This document shows, piece by piece, positions 38,804 through 50,800 of a stretch of DNA of 56,707 bases. Source of the stretch: Reclinomonas americana ATCC 50394 (lineage: Eukaryota). The translations under genes and the position numbers were made by a program. The stretch lies in contig PS015044.1 of the NCBI GenBank assembly GCA_048213135.1, positions 109,604 through 166,310 on the forward strand, written 5' to 3'. The number at the start of each line of letters is the position of its first letter. The first letter of the stretch is position 1. The notes under the pieces were generated by a model, which did no database searches, had not been told where the DNA came from, and saw only the letters and a program-made list of their open reading frames with translations.

Positions 38804-41800
38804 CAACCTCGCGTGACGACGCGCGCGCACGTCCGCGCTCGCGACTCGCCTCGCACCACCACCCACCATTGTCGCTGTTGGTGGCAGCGACGGCCGTGTT
38901 GGTGCTCATGCTGGTGGCCATGTCGGACCTGGCCTCGGCGCAGACCACTCTCCTCGGCTCCGGTGGCACCATATCCACCGTGGTTTCCGGCGGCTTCACC
39001 TACACCGTGCACACATTCACCAGCAGCGGCACACTGAACATACCCGCCGGCAGCATCAATCGCGAGCACTTGGTGGTGGCCGGCGGTGGCGGAGGCGGCG
39101 GATGTTCCAGCGGAAACAATTACTATGGTCGCGGTGGCGGTGGAGGAGGAGGTGTGCGCTCCGGTTCCAACACGGTGGCTGCTGGCGCGACATATGCCAT
39201 TACCGTTGGCGCTGGCGGCCTGGGAGCCACCAGCAGCGGAAACGGCAATTCCGGCGGCGGCTCTTCCATCGGCGCCGTGGTGACGTGCAACGGTGGTGGC
39301 GGTGGCGGCGGTGCTGGTGGGAATACCGCTGGTAATACAGGCGGCAGTGGCGGCGGCAATCCTGGAGGCACGAGCGCTGCGGGTGGTCTGGGCACAGCTG
39401 GCGAAGGCAGCAATGGTGGTCAAGGCAACACCTCGTCGCGTACTGCAGGTTCGATTATCACCGAGGATGTGGGGCAAGTAGGGTAGATGTGGTATACAGG
39501 ATCATTCGCCGCGTTATTTTTAAAATCGGTCTTCTTTGTCTCGCTGCCACTGCTGTCCATCTTTTCTTGCGTTCCTGCTTCTCCCTCTCTTTCTCTTATT
39601 TTCCTTTCCTCGCCTTCACTTCCCCTATATTCACCCCTTTGCTCTCCTTCTTGCTCTTCCCCCTTGCTCTTCCCCCTTGCTCTTCCCCCTTGCTCTTNNN
39701 NNNNNNNNNNNNNNNNNNNNNNNNNNNNNNNNNNNNNNNNNNNNNNNNNNNNNNNNNNNNNNNNNNNNNNNNNNNNNNNNNNNNNNNNNNNNNNNNNNNN
39801 NNNNNNNNNNNNNNNNNNNNNNNNNNNNNNNNNNNNNNNNNNNNNNNNNNNNNNNNNNNNNNNNNNNNNNNNNNNNNNNNNNNNNNNNNNNNNNNNNNNN
39901 NNNNNNNNNNNNNNNNNNNNNNNNNNNNNNNNNNNNNNNNNNNNNNNNNNNNNNNNNNNNNNNNNNNNNNNNNNNNNNNNNNNNNNNNNNNNNNNNNNNN
40001 NNNNNNNNNNNNNNNNNNNNNNNNNNNNNNNNNNNNNNNNNNNNNNNNNNNNNNNNNNNNNNNNNNNNNNNNNNNNNNNNNNNNNNNNNNNNNNNNNNNN
40101 NNNNNNNNNNNNNNNNNNNNNNNNNNNNNNNNNNNNNNNNNNNNNNNNNNNNNNNNNNNNNNNNNNNNNNNNNNNNNNNNNNNNNNNNNNNNNNNNNNNN
40201 NNNNNNNNNNNNNNNNNNNNNNNNNNNNNNNNNNNNNNNNNNNNNNNNNNNNNNNNNNNNNNNNNNNNNNNNNNNNNNNNNNNNNNNNNNNNNNNNNNNN
40301 NNNNNNNNNNNNNNNNNNNNNNNNNNNNNNNNNNNNNNNNNNNNNNNNNNNNNNNNNNNNNNNNNNNNNNNNNNNNNNNNNNNNNNNNNNNNNNNNNNNN
40401 NNNNNNNNNNNNNNNNNNNNNNNCTCTTCCCCCTTGCTCTTCCCCCTTGCTCTTCCCCCTTGCTCTTCCCCCCTTGCTCTTCCCCCCTTGCTCTTCCCCC
40501 TTGCTCTTCCCCCCTTGCTCTTCCCCCTTGCTCTTCCCCCCTTGCTCTTCCCCCCTTGCTTTTCCCCCCTTGCTCTTCTCCCCTTGCTCTTCCCCCTTGC
40601 TCTTTCCCCCTTGCTCTTCCCCCCTCATTCCCCCTCCTTCCCCTCTCCTTCCCCCTCTTTCCCCTCTCCCGCTTTGCTCTCTCCCCCATGTTCTCCCCCT
40701 TTCCTCTCCTTTCCTCTTCCCCCTTTCCTCTTCCCCCTTGCTCTTCCCCTTTCCTCTTCCCCCTTTCCTCTTTCCCCCTCGCTCTTCCCCCCTTTGCTCC
40801 CCCTCCCTCTCCTTCTTCCCCCTCTCATCCTCCTTCCCTTTATTCCCTCTCTCAGGCGGCGGCGGTGGCGCTGGCGGCAACGGTGCGAACGGCACTTCGA
40901 CCTCTGGCGGCAACGGTGGTGCTGGCGTGTCATCCTCCATTAGCGGCGTCGCAACATTCTACGGTGGTGGCGGCGGCGGTGGCGGTTTCAACATCTCCGG
41001 TGGCAGTGGTGGTACTGGCGGCAGCGGTGTGGGTGGCAATGCACCCAACGGCAAAGCAAATGGGTCCGACTGCGCTGCAAACACGGGTGGTGGCGGTGGC
41101 GGCGCCGGTGGTGATCCAAGCAGCACACCGGCCTCGTCTGGTGGCGACGGCGGCTCTGGCATCGTCATTGTGCGGTACCGAGCACCGGTGCTGTCCATTC
41201 AGACGCAGCCTTCGACGACATCTGCTTCCGGTTCTGCCTTTGCCACGCAACCCGTCATCCTGCTCGTCGATGCGGCCGGTGTGGCGGTCAGCGGAGTTGT
41301 CGTGACGGCTGCGATTCAGAGCGGTACTGGGTCTGTGAGTGGCACGGCGACGGCGACGACGAATGCGTCTGGGCTTGCCACCTTTACGAATTTGGGCATC
41401 ACTGGCACAGGATCGTTCTCCCTCAACTTTACCGTTCCTGGATCCACTAATTCTGTTACCACTACAACGATCACGGTCTCTACCGCGCCCACGTACGCCA
41501 GCTTCTCGCCTACTTCCATCGGCTCCGTCAGCGGCGTGGCGATGACGGTCACGGGTACCAACTTGCAGAATGCGTCAGGCGACTCGGCAGCCTACATCAT
41601 CTCCAGCACCGCCTGCACGTCGCCAACGGCTGTCGGCTCGACCACATCGGTGGCTCCAGTGGCCCCGTTTACTACGGTGGTGATAACGGTCAACGCATCG
41701 TCCATTCCTCCTGGTACAACCTACAAAGTCTGTGCGCGGTGGTACGTTGTTGTTGGTTTCGCAATTCGGGAAATAGGCTCAATCTCTAGCCCTCTGTATT

Positions 41801-44800
41801 CCTTTCTTCCGCTTTCGTTCTCTCTCTCTCTCTCTCTCACCCTTTCTTCTGCATTCGTATTCAGTCACGACACTTATTCTTTCACCGTCCTTCTTTCAGT
41901 GTTTACCTTTCTCACTCTATCTTTCTTGCCTTCAACTTTTCCCACCTTTTCTCTGATATGCCTCAGCATGTTCCATTTTCTCTTCCTCATTTTCCGTCTC
42001 TCTTGCTTCTCGACTCTCGCGCTTACTCATTGCATTCACCATTTTCTTCTCCCGTCGTTCTAAATTCCCATGTCTCCTATCTGCGTCGATGCTTTCTCCT
42101 TGTTTCTCTTTTTCCTCCTTCCCCACTCACTCCCTGTCTTCCTTCTCAATCCATCTCCCCCTTCTCATTCTCGTTGTCCTCATCCTTTCTCCCTGTTTCT
42201 CTCACACTTGTCTGCCCACTCACTCGTCGTCTTACTTCTTTATCCGTCTCACTCGTACCTGTTCCCGTCTCTTCTCCATATCCCTCTTCTCCTCTACCTG
42301 CGTCTCTCCTTACTTGTTTCTCCCGTTCCTTCTTCCTCACTCCCTCCCCTTCTTCCCCCTCTCGTTATCTGTGTACCACTTCTCCGCTCTGTGCGTTTTA
42401 TCTTTCTCCCTTCCTGCTTCTCTGTTTTCTTGTTCTCTCCTCTCCTCTCCTTCCTCTTCTACAATCCCTCGATCCCTCCTTTCCTTCCTTTCTCCATTCT
42501 TTCCCCTTCTTCTTTCCTCCCTCCTTTTCCTTGTCTCCCCTCTCTCTCTGTTGCTCACCCTTCTCCCTCAACCAGGCCATCGACTGGCTCGTACCAGGCC
42601 GTTGGCGCCGCAAGTCTCACAGTCAGTGCGTGTCATCTCCCCGCGCTCGCTCCATGAAGGTCACTGCCATCTCTTACCCTTTTTAAATTGCTGCGTAGCG
42701 AATACGCCACCCACTGCACCCACTCTGTCGTCGTCGACATACACTCCGCCTTTGGCTTTGAACGGAGTGATTGGCACGCTGTCGTCCACCGATCCGAACA
42801 CTGGCCAGACACTGACGTACACGATCACCGGTGGCACAAACCAAGCCTCCTTCAACATCAGTGGCACGAGTCTGCGATCCAATGTGTCTGGTCTCACCGG
42901 TAACAACTTGCAAGTAATTGTGCAAGTGAGCGATGGAGCAGGCGGAACGGCAAGCACCACGTTCACGATCAGCGAAGGTCTGTGTTGCTAGTTGACCGGG
43001 GAGACCGTCCGATTTCATCGCAGTTCCCTTACTTTTCGTATTCGTTGCAGTCAATGTGAATCCGACTGCACCGACGCTGTCCTCCTCAACGTACACGCCG
43101 CCACTTGCATCGAATGGAGTGATCGGCACTCTCGCCTCAACAGACGCCAACACGGGTCAGACTCTCACGTACACCATCACCGGTGGCACCAACTCGGCCT
43201 CCTTCAACATCAGTGGCACGAGTTTGCGGTCAAATGTGGCTGGTCTCACGGGAAACAATCTGCAAGTGACTGTGCAAGTGAGCGATGGAGCAGGTGGTAC
43301 GGCAAGCACGACTTTCACGATCAACGAGGGTTTGTGTTGCTGGTTGACTGGGAGATGATGTCATCGCGGTTTTCTTACTCTTCGTATCCGTTGCAGCGAA
43401 CGTGATTCCGACTGCGCCGACCCTGTCTTCATCGACATACACTCCGCCACTCGCGCTGAATGGCGTGATTGGCACTCTGGCCTCGACTGACCCCAACACG
43501 GGCCAGACACTGACGTACACAATCACCGGTGGCGCCAACTCGGCCTCATTCAACATCAGTGGCACGAGTTTGCGCTCCAATGTGGCCGGTCTCACGGGAA
43601 ACAATCTGCAAGTGATTGTTCAAGTGAGCGATGGAGCGGGCGGAACGGCGAGCGCTACATTTATAATTAGCGAAGGTCTATGTTGTTGATTGGCTTGAGC
43701 ACGAGTCCGTCGCGGTTGGTCACTCTTCGCTTTCGTTGCAGCGAACGTGAATCCGACTGCGCCGACCTTGTCGTCATCGACATACACGCCTCCACTCGCG
43801 CTGAACGGCGTGATTGGCACACTGGCGTCAACCGATGTGAACACGGGTCAGACCCTGACGTACACGATCACCGGTGGTACCAACTCGGCTTCGTTCAACA
43901 TCAGTGGAACGAGTTTGCGATCGAATGTGGCTGGTCTCACGGGGAACAATCTGCAAGTCATCGTGCAAGTGAGCGATGGAGCAGGTGGCACAGCGAGTGC
44001 CACTTTCACCATCAGCGAAGGTGCGCTGTGCTGCACAAGCTTTCAACAAGAGAGTAGCGTGCGTNNNNNNNNNNNNNNNNNNNNNNNNNNNNNNNNNNNN
44101 NNNNNNNNNNNNNNNNNNNNNNNNNNNNNNNNNNNNNNNNNNNNNNNNNNNNNNNNNNNNNNNNNNNNNNNNNNNNNNNNNNNNNNNNNNNNNNNNNNNN
44201 NNNNNNNNNNNNNNNNNNNNNNNNNNNNNNNNNNNNNNNNNNNNNNNNNNNNNNNNNNNNNNNNNNNNNNNNNNNNNNNNNNNNNNNNNNNNNNNNNNNN
44301 NNNNNNNNNNNNNNNNNNNNNNNNNNNNNNNNNNNNNNNNNNNNNNNNNNNNNNNNNNNNNNNNNNNNNNNNNNNNNNNNNNNNNNNNNNNNNNNNNNNN
44401 NNNNNNNNNNNNNNNNNNNNNNNNNNNNNNNNGGGTCGGCGCAGTCGGATTCACGTTCGCTGACATGGTCACGACGAATGAGTCACATACCAAACATACA
44501 ACATCACTCACAAATTCTCGCGCACACCTTCGTTGATGGTAAAGGTTGTCGTCGCCGTCAGCGTTCCATCACTGACGCGCACAATCACTTGCAACCCGTT
44601 GCCCGTAAGACCGGCCACATTCGATCGCAAGCTCGTGCCGTTGATGTTGAAAGAGGCTTGATTCGTGCCGCCCGTGATCGTGTACGTGAGAGTCTGACCA
44701 GTGTTGGGGTCGGTCGAAGCCAGTGTGCCAATCACGCCATTTACAGCCAAAGGCGGAGTGTATGTCGACGAAGAAAGCGTCGGCGCCGTCGGCGCAACAT

Positions 44801-47800
44801 TGACTGTAAAACAAGCAGGATAAGTCAGGNNNNNNNNNNNNNNNNNNNNNNNNNNNNNNNNNNNNNNNNNNNNNNNNNNNNNNNNNNNNNNNNNNNNNNN
44901 NNNNNNNNNNNNNNNNNNNNNNNNNNNNNNNNNNNNNNNNNNNNNNNNNNNNNNNNNNNNNNNNNNNNNNNNNNNNNNNNNNNNNNNNNNNNNNNNNNNN
45001 NNNNNNNNNNNNNNNNNNNNNNNNNNNNNNNNNNNNNNNNNNNNNNNNNNNNNNNNNNNNNNNNNNNNNNNNNNNNNNNNNNNNNNNNNNNNNNNNNNNN
45101 NNNNNNNNNNNNNNNNNNNNNNNNNNNNNNNNNNNNNNNNNNNNNNNNNNNNNNNNNNNNNNNNNNNNNNNNNNNNNNNNNNNNNNNNNNNNNNNNNNNN
45201 NNNNNNNNNTGTCTTCGTCGACATACACTCCGCCTTTGGCTTTGAATGGCGTGATCGGCACTCTGGCATCGACCGACCCCAACACTGGTCAGACGCTGAC
45301 GTACACCATCACGGGTGGCACAAATCAAGCATCGTTCAACATCAACGGCACGAATTTGCGCTCGAATGTGGCTGGCCTCACGGGTAACAATTTGCAAGTG
45401 ATTGTTCAAGTGAGCGATGGAGCAGGCGGAACGGCAACCACGACATTTACCATCAGCGAAGGTACTTGTTGATTCGTACTCGTGTTGCAGGGTTGTGCGT
45501 ACTCATCGCCCGTCACAGTCAATGTTAACCCCACTGCGCCGACCTTGTCTTCGTCAACGTACACACCTCCGCTCGCGCTGAATGGAGCAATCGGCACTCT
45601 GGCGTCAACAGATGCCAACACTGGCCAGACTCTCACCTATACAATCACGGGCGGTACGAATCAGGCATCGTTCAACATCAGTGGTACCAGCTTGCGCTCC
45701 AATGTGGCCGGCCTCACCGGCAACAATCTGCAAGTCATCGTGCAAGTGAGTGATGGAGCAGGTGGAACTGCAAGCGCCACGTTCACCATTAGCGAAGGTG
45801 GGTGATGTCACGGCTTGCTTGCCGGAGTATTTTGGTTTTGCATGACCAATTCTTTTCCTCGCAGTCAATGTTGCGCCAACGGCACCAACACTCTCACCAT
45901 CCACATACACTCCGCCTTTGGCTCTGAATGGCGTGATCGGCACACTGGCTTCGACGGATCCCAACACTGGTCAGACACTGACGTACACCATCACGGGCGG
46001 CACGAATCAAGCCTCTTTCAACATCAGTGGAACCAGTCTGCGATCAAATGTGGCCGGTCTTACTGGCAACGGGTTGCAAGTGATTGTGCGCGTCAGTGAC
46101 GGAACGCTGACGGCAACGACAACCTTCACCATCAACGAAGGTGTGCGCGAGAATTTGTGAGTGATGTGATGTATTTGCTCTCTGACTCATTCGTCGTGAC
46201 CATATCAGCGAACGTGAATCCGACTGCGCCGACACTGTCTTCATCGACATACACGCCTCCACTTGCGCTGAATGGAGTGATCGGCACGCTTGCGTCGACA
46301 GATGTCAACACGGGTCAGACTCTCACCTATACCATCACCGGTGGCACCAACTCGGCATCGTTCAACATCAGTGGCACCAGTCTGCGATCCAACATTGCTG
46401 GNNNNNNNNNNNNNNNNNNNNNNNNNNNNNNNNNNNNNNNNNNNNNNNNNNNNNNNNNNNNNNNNNNNNNNNNNNNNNNNNNNNNNNNNNNNNNNNNNNN
46501 NNNNNNNNNNNNNNNNNNNNNNNNNNNNNNNNNNNNNNNNNNNNNNNNNNNNNNNNNNNNNNNNNNNNNNNNNNNNNNNNNNNNNNNNNNNNNNNNNNNN
46601 NNNNNNNNNNNNNNNNNNNNNNNNNNNNNNNNNNNNNNNNNNNNNNNNNNNNNNNNNNNNNNNNNNNNNNNNNNNNNNNNNNNNNNNNNNNNNNNNNNNN
46701 NNNNNNNNNNNNNNNNNNNNNNNNNNNNNNNNNNNNNNNNNNNNNNNNNNNNNNNNNNNNNNNNNNNNNNNNNNNNNNNNNNNNNNNNNNNNNNNNNNNN
46801 NNNNNNNNNNNNNNNNNNNNNNNNNNNNNNNNNNNNNNNNNNNNNNNNNNNNNNNNNNNNNNNNNNNNNNCAAACACTGGCCAAACTCTCACCTACACCA
46901 TCACGGGCGGCACGAATCAGGCATCGTTCAACATCAGTGGTACCAGCTTGCGCTCCAATGTGGCCGGTCTCACGGGGAACAATCTGCAAGTCATCGTGCA
47001 AGTGAGCGATGGAGCAGGTGGAACGGCAAGCGCGACGTTCACCATCAGCGAAAGTTCGTTGTGATCCACCAGCTTCAACGACCGAGTAGTATGTGTCGTG
47101 ATTAATTCTGTTTTGTGTTCCAGTCAACGTTGCGCCCACCGCACCAACTCTGTCGCCATCCACATACACTCCGCCTTTGGCTCTGAACGGCGTGGTCGGC
47201 ACTCTGGCGTCGACCGACCCCAACACCGGTCAGACTCTCACCTACACTATCACGGGCGGCACGAATCAAGCCTCCTTCAACATCAACGGCACTAGCTTGC
47301 GATCAAATGTCGCTAGCCTGTCGGGTAACGGGCTGCAAGTTATCGTTCAAGTGAGCGACGGAACGCTGACGGCGACCACAACATTTACCATCAACGAAGG
47401 TGATGTTTGAGCTTGTTTTGACTCGTCGTGTGACGTATTCTCACGATGCTTCTTGCTCTCAAATCAGCCAACGTGAATCCGACGACACCGACGTTATCAC
47501 CGACAACTTACACTCCGCCGCTTTCCATGAACAATGTGATTGGCACTCTGGCGTCAACAGATGTGAACACCGGTCAGACGCTGACGTACACCATCACCGG
47601 TGGTACCAACTCGGCTTCGTTCAACATCAGTGGCACCAGTTTGAGGTCAAACCTTCTCAGCTTCACGGGTAGCAATCTGCAAGTGATTGTGCAAGTGAGC
47701 GATGGGGCTGGTGGAACAGCAAGTGCCACTTTCACGATCAACGAAGGCATGTTGGCTTGATGTTGTTTTCATGTCGTTACCTCCTGATAACGAAGTTGTT

Positions 47801-50800
47801 ACAGTCAATGTTAACCCAACTGCGCCGACCTTGTCGTCGTCGACGTACACGCCTCCGCTCGCGCTGAATGGCGCAATCGGCACTCTGGCATCCACGGACG
47901 CAAACACAGGTCAGACCCTGACGTACACGATCACCGGTGGCACCAACTCGGCATCGTTCAACATCAGTGGCACCAGTCTGCGCTCGAATGTGGCTGGTCT
48001 CACCGGCAACAATCTGCAAGTGATTGTGCAAGTGAGTGATGGAGCAGGTGGAACGGCAAGCACGACGTTCACCATCAGCGAAGGTGCGTTGTGCTCCACA
48101 AGCTTGCAACGACCGCGAAGTATATGTGTCGTGTTAATTTTGTTTTTTTGTTACAGTTAATGTTGCGCCAACGGCACCAACACTCTCACCATCCACATAC
48201 ACTCCGCCTTTGGCTCTGAATGGCGTGATTGGCACACTGACTTCGACCGACCCCAACACTGGTCAGACGCTGACGTACACGATCACGGGCGGCACGAATC
48301 AAGCCTCTTTCAACATCAGTGGAACCAGCTTGCGATCGAATGTGGCCGGCCTCACGGGCAACAATCTGCAAGTGATTGTGCGAGTGAGTGACGGAACGCT
48401 GACGGCAACGACAACCTTCACCATCAACGAAGGTGTGCGCGAGACCCCGTGTGTGATGTCATGTGTTTGCTCTGTGACTCATTCGTCGTGACCATGTCAG
48501 CGAACGTGAATCCGACTGCACCGACCTTGTCTTCATCGACATACACTCCGCCGCTTGCCTCGAATGGAGTTATCGGCACTCTGGCGTCGACTGATGCCAA
48601 CACGGGTCAGACACTGACGTACACCATCACCGGTGGCGCGAATCAAGCGTCGTTCAACATCAGCGGCACCAGTTTGCGATCGAATGTAGCAGGTCTTACG
48701 GGTAACAATCTGCAAGTGATTGTGCAAGTGAGCGATGGAGCAGGAGGAACGGCAAGCACGACGTTCACGATCAATGAGGGTCTGTGTTATCGGTTGTTAT
48801 GGAGAACGAGTTCATCGCGGTTTGCTTACTCTTTGTATCCGTTGCAGCGAACGTGAATCCAACTGCACCGACCCTGTCGTCATCGACATACACTCCACCA
48901 CTTGCCTCGAATGGAGTGATAGGCACTCTGGCGTCGACTGATGTCAACACTGGTCAGACGTTTACGTATACGATCACCGGCGGCACCAACTCGGCTTCGT
49001 TCAACATCAGTGGCACCAGTCTGCGATCCAGCATTGCTGGTCTTACTGGCAACAATCTGCAAGTGATTGTGCAAGTGAGCGATGGGGCTGGTGGAACAGC
49101 AAGTGCCACTTTCACGATCAACGAAGGCATGTTGGCTTGATCTCGTATTCTTGTCGTCGCATCCTCTTGACAATGTCGTTACAGTCAATGTTAACCCTAC
49201 TGCGCCGACCTTGTCGTCGTCGACGTACACGCCTCCGCTCGCGCTGAATGGCGCAATCGGCACTCTGGCATCCACGGACGCAAACACGGGTCAGACCCTG
49301 ACGTACACGATCACCGGTGGCACCAACTCGGCATCGTTCAACATCAGTGGCACCAGTCTGCGCTCGAATGTGGCCGGCCTCACCGGCAACAATCTGCAAG
49401 TCATCGTGCAAGTGAGTGATGGAGCAGGTGGAACTGCAAGCGCCACGTTCACCATTAGCGAAGGTGGGTGATGTCACGGCTTGCTTGCCGGAGTATTTTG
49501 GTTTTGCATGACCAATTCTTTTCCTCGCAGTCAATGTTGCGCCAACGGCACCAACACTCTCACCATCCACATACACTCCGCCTTTGGCGCTGAATGGCGT
49601 GATTGGCACACTGGCTTCGACCGACCCCAACACTGGTCAGACGCTGACGTACACGATCACGGGCGGCACGAATCAAGCCTCTTTCAACATCAGTGGAACC
49701 AGCTTGCGATCGAATGTGGCCGGCCTCACGGGCAACAATCTGCAAGTGATTGTGCGAGTGAGTGACGGAACGCTGACGGCAACGACAACCTTCACCATCA
49801 ACGAAGGTGTGCGCGAGACCCCGTGATTAATGATGTTCTGTGTTTGCTCTGTGACTCATTCGTCGTGACCATGTCAGCGAACGTGAATCCGACTGCACCG
49901 ACCCTGTCTTCGTCAACGTACACGCCGCCTTTGGCTTTGAATGGAGTGATCGGCACTCTGGCGTCGACTGATGTGAACACTGGTCAGACTCTGACGTACA
50001 CGATCACTGGCGGCACGAATCAAGCCTCCTTCAACATCAACGGCACCAGTTTGCGATCCAGCATTGCTGGCCTCACTGGCAACAATCTGCAAGTGATTGT
50101 GCAAGTGAGCGACGGAGCAGGCGGAACGGCAAGTACGACATTCACGATCAATGAGGGTCTGTTAGTGGTTGATTGATTTGGGAACGAGTTTATTGTGGTT
50201 TGCTTACTCTTTGTATCCGTTGCAGCGAACGTGAATCCAACTGCACCGACCTTGTCTTCGTCAACGTACACTCCGCCTTTGGCTTTGAATGGAGTTATCG
50301 GCACTCTGGCGTCGACTGATGTCAACACTGGTCAGACGTTTACGTATACGATCACCGGCGGCACGAATCAGGCTTCATTCAACATCAGCGGCACCAGTCT
50401 GCGATCCAACATTGCTGGCCTCACTGGCAACAATCTGCAAGTGATTGTGCAAGTGAGCGACGGAGCAGGTGGAACTGCGAGCACCACGTTTACGATCAAT
50501 GAGGGTTTGTTGTTGTTGATTGAATTGGGGACAAGTTCATCGCAATTTGCTCACTCTTCGTATTTGTTGCAGCGAACGTGAATCCGACTGCGCCGACCCT
50601 GTCTTCGTCGACATACACTCCGCCGCTTGCCTCGAATGGAGTGATCGGCACTCTGGCATCGACGGATGCCAACACTGGTCAGACACTGACGTACACCATC
50701 ACGGGTGGCACGAATCAAGCGTCATTCAACATCAGCGGCACCAGTTTACGATCCAACATTGCTGGCCTCACTGGCAACAATCTGCAAGTGATTGTGCAAG

